Source: a virus (Duplodnaviria > Caudoviricetes). Taken from it: a DNA stretch of 64,000 nucleotides. Shown here in pieces: positions 21,116-31,600 of the stretch; position 1 is the first letter of the stretch; the number at the start of each line of letters is the position of its first letter. The position numbers and the translations under genes are program-made. A model generated the notes under the pieces. It made no database searches. It worked only from the letters and a program-made list of their open reading frames with translations, and was not told where the DNA came from. The stretch is from the IMG/VR virus record IMGVR_UViG_3300043104_000334. One strand, 5' to 3'.

Positions 21116-21438
21116 TGTTTATCTCCTTCATGATACTTATTTACTTTATTCATGTTTATCCTTTTCTCAAGCTCACTACAGGTTATATAGGTATCAGTAT
21201 AACCAACTACTCTTATACCCTTTGTCAAGTATTTACTCACCTGCAGTTTTCGTTCCATCGGAATTGATGTGTTCTTGAGAACACACATATTTATATAATA
21301 ACGTGTGTTGTGATAGATGGCATCTATATGCCTATATCTATCTGGCACCAATGTTTTAACATAGTTGCACAATTCTTCATAATTCTCTCGTAAAGCAATA
21401 ACTTTATCCAAATCGAACGAATCCGTTGCGATAATCAT
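21112..21438 (-). CDS. Hypothetical protein
   Basis: 108 aa, first gene after the promoter motif. Confidence 0.65.
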   Translation of the reverse strand: MIIATDSFDLDKVIALRENYEELCNYVKTLVPDRYRHIDAIYHNTRYYINMCVLKNTSIPMERKLQVSKYLTKGIRVVGYTDTYITCSELEKRINMNKVNKYHEGDKQ

Positions 21439-21455
21439 ACGTAATACCTACCTTT

Positions 21456-21468
21456 CAATTATATATGT
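21456..21468 (-). promoter_or_regulatory. Conserved promoter-like motif ACATATATAATTG (copy 2)
   Basis: Exact copy, 17 nt upstream of ATG 21438. Confidence 0.75.
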
Positions 21469-21487
21469 TATTAACATCTTCTTATAT

Positions 21488-21658
21488 TCAAAAGATTCTT
21501 AATAGGCCATACTGACACATATAATCTTCATCAATAGGAACGCCAATTGCTATGAGTGCATGCGTTAGTAAATCAAACAAAACAGCAATGCACACGATAG
21601 CAAACAGCATAGCAATGTACTCAAATACAAATGTAAGTACATCCTTAAATAATTTCAT
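21488..21658 (-). CDS. Small membrane protein (56 aa, not in ORF track)
   Basis: MKLFKDVLTFVFEYIAMLFAIVCIAVLFDLL...; start overlaps the Hsp70 stop (TGATG). Confidence 0.55.
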   Translation of the reverse strand: MKLFKDVLTFVFEYIAMLFAIVCIAVLFDLLTHALIAIGVPIDEDYMCQYGLLRIF

Positions 21659-22980
21659 CACTTCATAACGAGTTTAATCTGCTGGGTATCATTCGTCATA
21701 ATGTTCGTACAGGATAACGAAATTCTACCATTTCTGTCAACAGTAATCTCGATCTCGACAAGACCGGTATGAGCAGGCATGACCTCGCCATAATCATATA
21801 CCAGTGTACCAACGTACTCATTTTCACTGCAGAGAATTGAGTCACCCTGATAGAGATTAACATTAAGGTACCGTGTATCTTCTGTGTTATCAAACACCTT
21901 AATCTCCGTAACAGGAATAACCGTATTTTTCTCGATGATGACCTCAGCCATACCAAGACTGTTCTCGATACATAAGCATTTTGTTACATCATCGACTTCG
22001 CTCTCAGCAGTCCCGTTCTCCACCATTTCAGCATAGAGTGCAACACCCTTTGCCACAATAAGGTCAGCAGGAACATCACATGGGATACTTTCAAGACCGG
22101 TCTCCTCCATAACCCATTCCCGCAGATAAGGACATTCTGTTGATCCGCCAACAAAGACAATCTTTGGTTTCTCAGATTCCATAAGATTTGTCTGGATAAG
22201 CTGCTTTGTAAGTTTGATAGTTGGTGCAAAGATTTGTTTCATAATGCTTACGTAGTCTTCCTTTGTAAGCTTCCACGCACCATCAACACCCATAATGTCC
22301 ATATCAACGTACTGCTCAAGTCCTGTTTTCTGCAAAGCTTCTTTTGCTAACCGAACCTTTGATACAAGTACTTTGACTGAATCGGCCGAACGAAAACGCA
22401 TCTTTACTTTGCAGTCAGTCATAGCTTTATTGGCTAGTGCCCTGTCAAAGTTGTCTCCGGCAAGATGCCCATCACCATCCGTGGCAACAACAAAATAGTT
22501 ACCAACTCTTGAATCGAGAATAGTAACATCAAATGTTCCACCACCGAGGTCATAAACAACCACGAGGTCTTTTAAATCCCGGCATACATATAATGCCGCA
22601 GCTGTAGGCTCATTGATAAGACCATGCATTGTGAGACCTGCCTGTTCAGCAGCATCCCATACTGCTTGTCTCTGCGTATGTGAAAACTTTGCTGGTACCG
22701 ATACGACAATGTCCTCAATATATTCGCCAGTTCGCATAGAGGCTTTATTCACTAAGTCTCTTAATATAATTGCAGAACAAGCGATAGGCAACTTGCCGGA
22801 CGAACCAGTTGTCATGTTAATCTTATAGGACGATACAATATCCTTAGATACTACATCCCGGCTAACCTGAGCTTTCTTGGACACATCTACACTGGACGAC
22901 ACAAGCCCAGTATAGAGCTCATCACCATGCCCAATGAGAGAGTTTGTTGTTCCCAAATCAATTCCACAGATTCTACCCAT
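21658..22980 (-). CDS. Hsp70/DnaK-family protein, compact and lidless
   Basis: GIDLGTTNS, VSVPAKF, INEPTAAAL, DLGGGTFDVT, VGGST; SBD-beta IIEKNTVIP...LYQG; ends before the helical lid. Confidence 0.9.
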   Translation of the reverse strand: MGRICGIDLGTTNSLIGHGDELYTGLVSSSVDVSKKAQVSRDVVSKDIVSSYKINMTTGSSGKLPIACSAIILRDLVNKASMRTGEYIEDIVVSVPAKFSHTQRQAVWDAAEQAGLTMHGLINEPTAAALYVCRDLKDLVVVYDLGGGTFDVTILDSRVGNYFVVATDGDGHLAGDNFDRALANKAMTDCKVKMRFRSADSVKVLVSKVRLAKEALQKTGLEQYVDMDIMGVDGAWKLTKEDYVSIMKQIFAPTIKLTKQLIQTNLMESEKPKIVFVGGSTECPYLREWVMEETGLESIPCDVPADLIVAKGVALYAEMVENGTAESEVDDVTKCLCIENSLGMAEVIIEKNTVIPVTEIKVFDNTEDTRYLNVNLYQGDSILCSENEYVGTLVYDYGEVMPAHTGLVEIEITVDRNGRISLSCTNIMTNDTQQIKLVMK

Positions 22981-22994
22981 TAATCTTTCCTCCA

Positions 22995-23834
22995 TTATTC
23001 AACCAATGTTATTCCATCATTGGTTACCTCAATCAAGTATGACCATAAGTTATCACGTATAGTATCCTCAATTGATATGCTTAATATTCTGTTCTTATCA
23101 CACTGTATATAGGCGTATGCGTTGTATGTTTGACTGTAAGAGTTATACACTTCAATATATAACGCACCACCAAATGCAGTATCCACTGTTGTATCACAGA
23201 GAAGCTGAAAGTTATCCTCAACAGTAGGGTCACGATATGGAGTCATTTCAAAATATGATTCATAATCCGTTAACCCATTGCCAACTTCAACCTCAGCATC
23301 GAGTGTAATTCCGGATGGAGTGCAACCAAGATAATAGTCAAAGTTATATGCACTCAGGGCATCCTTTCTGAGTTCCTGAACTGTCATAGATTCTGGGTCA
23401 ACTTCTGTCACAGTTACCCGTGCTCCAGAAACATCACAAATAAGTGCACCCTCATCAAACCCGTAGGACATCAACCGCAGATTATCAGTACTCTGCAAGA
23501 TAAATCCATTTGAGAACTCATACTTGTCTACGATATCAATATCCTCAACATTTGTAGAAGTTACATCTTCACTTCCCGTTACATAAGATGTACCATCTTT
23601 GTTTATCGTAACTTTATTATTGAACTTAAGCTCCCTGTCCTGTTCATATGACCCAGCATCATCAGTAGATGTAACGTCATCGGACTCTGTAGAATTGGAA
23701 GCTTGAGTCTCCGTTGTGGTCTCAGTATTTGTAACTTCATTACTGGAAGAGGATTTACCTCTTCCAATAACGAATATTGCAATACCAATTATTACAACCA
23801 CCAGAATAGCGACTATAATAATTTTCTTTTTCAT
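22995..23834 (-). CDS. Membrane-anchored acidic surface protein
   Basis: MKKKIIIVAILVVVIIGIAIFVIG then S/T-rich linker. Confidence 0.75.
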   Translation of the reverse strand: MKKKIIIVAILVVVIIGIAIFVIGRGKSSSSNEVTNTETTTETQASNSTESDDVTSTDDAGSYEQDRELKFNNKVTINKDGTSYVTGSEDVTSTNVEDIDIVDKYEFSNGFILQSTDNLRLMSYGFDEGALICDVSGARVTVTEVDPESMTVQELRKDALSAYNFDYYLGCTPSGITLDAEVEVGNGLTDYESYFEMTPYRDPTVEDNFQLLCDTTVDTAFGGALYIEVYNSYSQTYNAYAYIQCDKNRILSISIEDTIRDNLWSYLIEVTNDGITLVE

Positions 23835-23842
23835 AGAACACC

Positions 23843-25729
23843 TCACTTGGTTACAAGTGTCTTCAACAGTTCAATCATTGTATCTGTGCTGTCATCCATG
23901 TTATCAGCATAGATTACCAGATAGTCATTGTCTATGGTGTAAACAGCCATGTAGCCTTTTGTTTGTGTCGCGTCATCAAAGTCGGTGTACGTAATGGTAT
24001 ACGGCACAATTCTACCAAGCTCAGTAACAGCAGCTTTTGTGTCTTCTGAATTGATAGAATAATCAAGGCTACTCATATCATTTGTTGAGTAGATACAAGT
24101 CTCCTTGTAAGTGTCAATCTTAGACGAATTGGAAGTCTCAATATAGTACTTGTTACCATTATAACTAAGGACAGTAACACTTGACGTAGAAGACGCTGTG
24201 TTGATAATAACATCGGACATATTCTCATTATCGATGTAATACGTACCAGCTGTAGTAACGAGAATTTGCATAGCACTGCTATCACCATCAACATCTGCTG
24301 TACCGTAACTGTAATCATCGGAAGAAAAATCAATACTTGTATCATCATCTTCATCCTGATTACCGCTCACCATCTGTGTGCCATCCTTAAAGATAATCGT
24401 AGACGTGAATGTAGTATCAGAATCAATTACGTAATTCCATCTACTGTAACGTGTACCATTGGAATCAGCAGGCCATTCATACACTTCCGGATATTTAGCC
24501 TGATAGGTCTGCTTAGCAGAGACAACTTCCTTTTCCTCTGTCTCTTCTTCTGTATCTGAAGATACATCAACTTCATTTACATCATCAGACTCTGAGCCGG
24601 TGTACTCACCTGCAAGGAACGTATTCTGCAATGTATCAAATGAGTAAGCTTCCTCATAATAAGGAATTCCATTTGTCACAAAGTAGTCTGTCACAGCCGT
24701 CTTTAAATCATCCTCAGAAACGTCATCAGCAATATCAATATTACTTAATCCGAGTACATCGAATGACTGCGCTTCTGTAATGTAGAATACGTTGTTTGCA
24801 TCATAATTCTGCAGAACGTATCCAATAGGAAATGCTCTTGTATCATCACCCGTACCAGTAAGCAGACTGTAATCAAAGTTTGCGTAAACCTCATATACAT
24901 CAACTCTTGTACCATCAAGCGAGTAAAGTGTACCAGCATAAGATGATGACATTCCGGTATAAATAGAATCAATGATAGCATTACCGTAAGAAGCCATATC
25001 ATCCTGACTTGCATCATCAGTATCTGACTCGTCTTCATCTGTCACACTTGAGCTATCATCCTGTAAATGAATTACACTAGACATTACGTCTGCAACTGCC
25101 GTGTCTACATCGCCGTAGTATACATATACTTTACCATCTGTTGTAGATAAAGTAGACTTTTCATACTCGGACACGCCAAGATACGAACCATCAATGTTAT
25201 TACCAGAACCGATGATGTTTAAATCGTCGTCCATCATCCAGCAACCTGACTCACTGTAAACAACAGTAATGATAGTTGAATTATTACTTGTTACCGTATT
25301 ATGACCATCAACATTTGTATAAGCCGCTGTTGCTTCTTCGTCAGCTCCAAATGATTCAACAGTATAGTCATAAGTAGCTGACCATTCGTCACCCTCAATG
25401 AACTCGACAATAATGGTGACAGTATAATCACCAATAATCGTCGTATCAAGTGAATTGACAATCTGTCCGGTGCTATCAAGAATTGCTTCCTGAACTACAC
25501 TTCCGGCAACACTATCATCCACAGAAATAATGTCATCAATTGTGACCTCATCACGAGCCGTATAGATTCCGGTTCCGATGACTGTTACTCTTGTATCCAC
25601 TTCTTCCGTAGAGACCTCTGTATCATCTGTGCTTCCTTTCTTGAATTTCTCCAGAGGATTTGTACAACCAGTAAGTATCATGCATGCAAGTAATGTAAGC
25701 ATGACAATAAGAGACAATTTCTTCTTCAT
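23843..25729 (-). CDS. Large acidic lipoprotein
   Basis: MKKKLSLIVMLTLLACMILTG-C lipobox; very D/E/T/S-rich. Confidence 0.8.
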   Translation of the reverse strand: MKKKLSLIVMLTLLACMILTGCTNPLEKFKKGSTDDTEVSTEEVDTRVTVIGTGIYTARDEVTIDDIISVDDSVAGSVVQEAILDSTGQIVNSLDTTIIGDYTVTIIVEFIEGDEWSATYDYTVESFGADEEATAAYTNVDGHNTVTSNNSTIITVVYSESGCWMMDDDLNIIGSGNNIDGSYLGVSEYEKSTLSTTDGKVYVYYGDVDTAVADVMSSVIHLQDDSSSVTDEDESDTDDASQDDMASYGNAIIDSIYTGMSSSYAGTLYSLDGTRVDVYEVYANFDYSLLTGTGDDTRAFPIGYVLQNYDANNVFYITEAQSFDVLGLSNIDIADDVSEDDLKTAVTDYFVTNGIPYYEEAYSFDTLQNTFLAGEYTGSESDDVNEVDVSSDTEEETEEKEVVSAKQTYQAKYPEVYEWPADSNGTRYSRWNYVIDSDTTFTSTIIFKDGTQMVSGNQDEDDDTSIDFSSDDYSYGTADVDGDSSAMQILVTTAGTYYIDNENMSDVIINTASSTSSVTVLSYNGNKYYIETSNSSKIDTYKETCIYSTNDMSSLDYSINSEDTKAAVTELGRIVPYTITYTDFDDATQTKGYMAVYTIDNDYLVIYADNMDDSTDTMIELLKTLVTK

Positions 25730-25750
25730 GATAATTTAATCCTTTCATAT

Positions 25751-26863
25751 TTAATTTTGTTTACGTATCATATCACGGTACGCTTCATATCTTCCACTCC
25801 ACTGTTGCTGCAATTGTGCAGTTTCAGTAGTGTCAAGAACAACATTTGCAGAACTCCTTAAGTTGAACGCAATAGGATATCCAACCTGCAAATTGTTCTC
25901 AACAATGTTTGCAATATTGTTTATTGATATCCTAGGGAACGTCTTACCCTCAACACTGATAGGATAACACTTAACTTTTAGGAATGTTCCATACATGCCC
26001 TGATTCTCTTCATAACCCTCTACAAAAGAATGCATGGCATGTTCTTCCCAAGCACCAAGCCGAATAGCATACTGATATTGGGAATTCTCAATAACTAGCC
26101 CATCTGTTAAATAACCATAGGCTCTGTTGATATAGGACATATACCAAATATATTTCTTAAGTTCCTCAAAGTTATTCACCCAAACAAACTTAGGTGACTT
26201 AAACCCGAGACTCTCAAGAACTTTATACTGGTCCTCAACTTCATCTCCATTCTCAACAAACATATTAAATGCTAAGAATGACAGATAGTCAACAGCAGAC
26301 CTAGCTAACGCCGACCTTACAGACGCACGCTGGTCATTATTACCGGTTATCATTTTGAATGCTTCCCACTTATCATTCGGAATAGACATCTCACCGGTTA
26401 TAGCTGTTCGTGCCTTGATAGGAATCTTCTGCGGAAATAGTTTATAAACGTTTTTAATGTCAAGATTAGTACCAGACCGCCCTCTAGTCTCAACATTTAC
26501 AATATTCCCATTGAAGTAGGACACTCTAGTGTTCCAGCCATCAATTTTGAAGGATAGTCGAGAACGCTCATTCAAACCTCTAAATACTTCATTGAACTCT
26601 TCTTCATTGTTAATGGAGTAAATAGACTCTGCCATGTAACCCATTGTAGGATTACAGATTAACCGTGACAGATTGTATTTCTTTAATAACTCTTCTGGAC
26701 ACTCATCAAATGACCAAGGCTGCTTCGAGTGAATATCATCTGGATACTCAAACTTGAAATGTCTCTCAAGCTTATCATACTCAATATCTGACAGTATTGG
26801 TTCTCCCATTAGATAGGTCCATCTCGCGATAATATATCGCTCATACGTATTGTCAATTACCAT
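25751..26863 (-). CDS. NAD-dependent DNA ligase, N-terminal half (Ia, adenylation and OB domains)
   Basis: Domain Ia YLMGEPILSDIEYDKL; motif I FKIDG; ETRGRSG; motif III TGE; motif IV TDGLVI; OB RISINNIANIVENNLQVG; stops before the Zn finger. Confidence 0.88.
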   Translation of the reverse strand: MVIDNTYERYIIARWTYLMGEPILSDIEYDKLERHFKFEYPDDIHSKQPWSFDECPEELLKKYNLSRLICNPTMGYMAESIYSINNEEEFNEVFRGLNERSRLSFKIDGWNTRVSYFNGNIVNVETRGRSGTNLDIKNVYKLFPQKIPIKARTAITGEMSIPNDKWEAFKMITGNNDQRASVRSALARSAVDYLSFLAFNMFVENGDEVEDQYKVLESLGFKSPKFVWVNNFEELKKYIWYMSYINRAYGYLTDGLVIENSQYQYAIRLGAWEEHAMHSFVEGYEENQGMYGTFLKVKCYPISVEGKTFPRISINNIANIVENNLQVGYPIAFNLRSSANVVLDTTETAQLQQQWSGRYEAYRDMIRKQN

Positions 26864-26865
26864 TC

Positions 26866-27363
26866 TTAGTTGCTCCTATCAATAACATTGATTGTAACTG
26901 ATTCTTTATTTGTGCTGTATAATGTTTCGTATTGCAAGTCTAGAGTAAGTACATTGTACACCTCAGAAACTGGCACACTAATAATGACATCACCCGGACT
27001 AAGTACTCCAGATGCAATAACCTCACTGCCATTTACAAGTGAATACTCAACATCACATATGTTATCATCATCACTTGTTAAGTTAATGTACAGTAAATCG
27101 TTGTAATATGTCGACATGCTGTTGTAATATACCTTAACAGTTTCATTATGTATATACATAATATTAAGAGTCACACATGCAATAATGATAAGCATACACA
27201 ATACTTCCCATTTACGCCCAGGCTTCCTACAGTAAACATTTGTTACATTTGTTTCTGCATTATACAGCATTTTCTTTACTAGGGTTTTATCTGGTTGGTC
27301 GAGATAATTTGTACCCTTGTAGACATAATTTGGTCTACCACGTATAACTTTAGTCTTTACCAT
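26866..27363 (-). CDS. Bitopic membrane protein
   Basis: 165 aa, one TM then a beta-rich domain. Confidence 0.7.
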   Translation of the reverse strand: MVKTKVIRGRPNYVYKGTNYLDQPDKTLVKKMLYNAETNVTNVYCRKPGRKWEVLCMLIIIACVTLNIMYIHNETVKVYYNSMSTYYNDLLYINLTSDDDNICDVEYSLVNGSEVIASGVLSPGDVIISVPVSEVYNVLTLDLQYETLYSTNKESVTINVIDRSN

Positions 27364-27380
27364 GCTTAATTCACCACATT

Positions 27381-27392
27381 CAGTTATATATG
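27381..27392 (-). promoter_or_regulatory. Variant promoter-like motif CATATATAACTG
   Basis: One mismatch within the 12-mer core; 17 nt upstream of ATG 27363, the same spacing as copy 2. Confidence 0.65.
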
Positions 27393-27417
27393 AAACATAA
27401 ACTAATTTACGTTCATT

Positions 27418-28413
27418 TTATTGAAAAAGCTCGTCTACTCCATAGGTAACACCATCAAGGTATAATGCTAGGTGTAAGTGCGGTCCCGTACATCTTGAAC
27501 CAGTACCACCTGACAATGCAATCGTTTGATACTGTTTAACTTCCTGTCCCTCTTTCACCTTAATCTCAGACAGATGACAAACAAGATATTTTACATTATC
27601 TCCACACTCAACCGTTACAAAATATCCAATAGTATCAGACCATCCACAGGATGATACTGTCCCGTTGAATAGTGCACCCACCTTTGTTCCAACTGCAGCT
27701 CTATAATCAGTACCTGCATGGAATCTAACTTCATTATGATTAAGAGGGTCAACTCTATAACCATATGTTGACGTTACATATTTATCATTTGGAAGAATCC
27801 ATTGAATATTCTTAACATCACCAAGATCATAAGCATCCATTGCTTCAACATATAAAGCTTTTGCATCTTCTAGCTGCTGTTCAACTGACGACAAATCACT
27901 CTCGATAGATTTATAAGAGTAATTCAATTTATAGTCATTAACAACAGAAAGCAGAGAATTCATATTTGATACATTGGATTTGTAAGAACCATCCAATTGC
28001 AATAAGGTATTAATATCAGCCGTAAGAACGTCGGAACTAATCTCACTTGCTATAGCATCATTCTTTGTTTTATAAACAGAGATACTGTCAAGTACATCGT
28101 TTAATTCTTCCTCTCTCTTAGCAATGTACTCTTCCATTATTGCATTATATTGTTCATTCATTGTCTGCTGAGCCTGCATTGATTGCAAGTCATTTTCAAT
28201 GGAATTGATTTCATCTTCAATATCTGATGTTACAGGACCACCTAATGTTAATCCATAGACATTAAGCAAGTCTTCTGTATTATCCGCATAAACCTGCATA
28301 GGTTGGGATGGTAGAATAGAAACTACCATCCCAATTACTATACTAGCCCTGTAAAGCTTCCTGCAGGCTGCGGAGCACATATGTGATTTCAGTATAGTCA
28401 CTACCGTCCTCAT
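27418..28413 (-). CDS. Secreted M23 metallopeptidase with coiled coil (peptidoglycan hydrolase)
   Basis: HAGTD (HxxxD) and GPHLH motifs; N-terminal signal; start MRTVV at 28413 with GAGGAGG RBS. Confidence 0.9.
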   Translation of the reverse strand: MRTVVTILKSHMCSAACRKLYRASIVIGMVVSILPSQPMQVYADNTEDLLNVYGLTLGGPVTSDIEDEINSIENDLQSMQAQQTMNEQYNAIMEEYIAKREEELNDVLDSISVYKTKNDAIASEISSDVLTADINTLLQLDGSYKSNVSNMNSLLSVVNDYKLNYSYKSIESDLSSVEQQLEDAKALYVEAMDAYDLGDVKNIQWILPNDKYVTSTYGYRVDPLNHNEVRFHAGTDYRAAVGTKVGALFNGTVSSCGWSDTIGYFVTVECGDNVKYLVCHLSEIKVKEGQEVKQYQTIALSGGTGSRCTGPHLHLALYLDGVTYGVDELFQ

Positions 28414-28669
28414 CTGTGTCCTCCTCACGTGTCATTGTATATCCGTCCACTTCCTCAGGCACCAACATAGCACCTTTTCGATTGTATCTCTGAAGCATAA
28501 GCATAGGCTCATTTGTATATACGTTGTAATATATCAATATGAGCGAATCGTCACCGGCCTCAAGTTCATCCCCAAAGATTTGAACGACATGTTTTTCCAT
28601 GTTAGATTTAAACACATAGTCACTGTTCATAATGTCGTCCCAATTCATTTTTAATAACTTATTCTGCAT
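28343..28669 (-). CDS. Hypothetical protein directly after beta'
   Basis: 108 aa, GGAGG RBS. Confidence 0.65.
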   Translation of the reverse strand: MQNKLLKMNWDDIMNSDYVFKSNMEKHVVQIFGDELEAGDDSLILIYYNVYTNEPMLMLQRYNRKGAMLVPEEVDGYTMTREEDTDEDGSDYTEITYVLRSLQEALQG

Positions 28670-28679
28670 TCGTAACCTC

Positions 28680-31600
28680 CTAAGATTCGACGTCGGAGCC
28701 TATGCCTATCCTTAATCCAAATGCGGCTCTTGTAATCGGATTTGACATTGAGTCATTAGGGTTCATCAAGATTGCCCTAGGCACATATGTATCCATATTT
28801 TCCATAAGGACACTCTCAAAGAAATCATTTTTATACTTTGGAAGAGCTTTCAAACCAAGTAACGTACGCATACTAAGCTGCTGCCCATTCACATCATTAC
28901 AAGCTTCAGGCCAAGTCAGGACAGAGCCAGCTTTATAATATGTCTTCTCACCAGTATGCAACGACTTGTAATCATAAACATTATTAGCATCAGCCCAAAG
29001 ATAGCATACAGACATTGAAGCTACGATTGTTTCAAAGTGCTTAAAGTTTACATCCTGCGTCATGAAAGTATCATATAGCTTTAATGCCAAATAGGATGCC
29101 GCTTTATCAAATCCCCTGTACCGTAACACTTCTTTCATGTTGAGATTACCCTGAATCTTCTGGAAAGAATCACCTTCGTATACATGGTCTTTTAATTTTG
29201 TCTGTGCATGAACGATAATCTTTTTGACAGCAAGTGAACGCATTCTTGATTTCACAATTCTGTCCTCAGGGTTATCAGGGATGATAAAGATTCTCTTGGT
29301 ACCATTACCAAGGTACTGCTCCCTTATTTTTCCATCCACCGGACTTATCATGTCGTACGTAAGAACTCCACGTTTACTCTTCCGTTTAGAAAAGTCATGA
29401 AGCTCAAAGTAATCTTCAATAAGCTGGAATGAAGATGTAAGGTTTGCATCAGTAACGACACCACCCTTTTGGAAGTTCTTCATTGTAAGCTGTGTACCCG
29501 GTTCACCAATAGCCTGTGCCGCAATAAAACCAACGGGTCTGCCGAGTTGTGGCTCATCTGTTCCAGCCGCAATATCCCTGCCATAGCACTTCTTGCAGAC
29601 AGGGCACTTGCAGTAAACTGGAGAACGCATCTCAACAATACCATCACCAGTCTCAACAAATTCATGTGTCTTAGGATTGATATATCCCCACGACTTATCA
29701 ATATGCTGGTAAGCCGCATTGATATTAGGGATGAATACAGACCTACTGTCTTGGCTGGTTCGATCAATACACCAACGACCAACGATAATCTTACTGAGAT
29801 ATTCTCTTGCAGCAAGCAACTGAGTTTTATACTCTGATGAATTCCTGAAAGCATCAACAACCTGCTTTGATGCGTTAGGCACACGAACGCCATACCTTGA
29901 AATCTGTGAATCATCAAGGAACGGTACAATGTCCTCAAGACTGAACTGCATACCCTCAGTTGTTTCACAATCTTCACTGAACACACTCATGATAGCGCCG
30001 GCATGTTCAAGCTTACGTGACATGTATCCCGGGTCAGCAGTAGCAAGTACCTTATCAGCAATACCCTTACGTGAACCATAAGCGGTAATGAATCCCTCGA
30101 GTCCTGTAAGATGACCTGAATAGCATCCGGCAATAATACTATTGAACGCTGTTGTATCATTCTTTTGTACACGACCCTTAAGACCAAATATCTGCATGAT
30201 ATTATTCTTGTCACCCTTACCACCGGACTTCATCATAGCGATATATCCATTATCATCTCCAAGGTTATTGACAAGATAATCTATAACTTCATCACGCAGT
30301 TCGTTCCACCGTTTATTGAAGTAGTTAGAGTATTCAGACTCAATCTCAATTCCAATGTTGACATACTCTTCACGCTCAAGCACATCTTTATTGAAATCAT
30401 CAATAAGTTGCTTTACGTGCTCCTTAACAGTGCTACTAACAATCGTTGAAATATTAGGCGGCCAAATCTTGGCAACTCTGAACCCAAGTTTTACAAGTCT
30501 GTTAATAGCATTTAAGAAGAAAGTCTTATTATTGCTATAAGCATTCTCCAAGATACTCGTAATCTGCTTCGCCTTGATTCCTTTACCCTTAAGGACCGTA
30601 GTAAGGTCCTGCGTATTGAAACCACAATAGATAGCATACTCCAATGCCGCTATTCCTGCTGTCTGCGTTCCAAACGGTGTCTCAACATTGTCATAGATAT
30701 TTATCTTCTGCTTACATACAGCATCATAGATATTTTTACCATGACCATTGTTCTGTGGAAGCCCCATCGATTTCGCGATATTATTCACATCAGCTTGTGA
30801 GAGATTCCTTGATTTTGTATTAGCCGTTGCTGTACTACACATCCATAGACCATAAATGATTTCATGCCGCATAACGATGGTGATTTCACCATTCTTTGGA
30901 TACCGGTAGTTGTTCGTAAAGGACATACGTTCACGTATCTCTTTATTTGCTTCAGCCGTCTGTGCCATATTAAAATGCATCTGGTCACCGTCGAAGTCAG
31001 CATTAAATGGCATAACGACAAGTGGGCTAAGCACAATCGCGTCACCATCAACCGGCTTAATCTTAAATGCTTCTATGCCTAGATAGAACAATGTAGGTTG
31101 TCTACCAGTAGGTCCAAACCTCGGTTCATATTCAAGCCATCTCTTAAGCAAGTCTTTATAAACCAAACCATCTACATCAGTTTTAGTAGAAGTAGATAAT
31201 CTTGCCAGATTCTTCTTTGTTACTTTCTTCGACAGGTCTGGGGCTTCATTACGGAGCCATTGTATAACACTTGGCTCTGCAATCTTATAGAGCATACTCC
31301 ATGGTATTCCTATTGTATCAATAGGCATCTCTGGGTCACAGGTAATTACTGTACGTCCCGAATAATCAATACGCACGCCCTGCATTCTACCACGCATGAG
31401 TCCCTCTTTACCAGTTATTGTATCTGAGATGGATTTATAATCCTTTAATCTTTGTTGCTGAATGACTTGGTCATCTCCAATAAAGATATTCCGGATATAC
31501 TGTACAACCTCTCTGTACTTATTTAACACAGCATAACAGGTTGCGTTTTGCTGCTGTTCAAGGATATCACGCAGTTCAGAGTTAGCATTTACGAGCTTGT

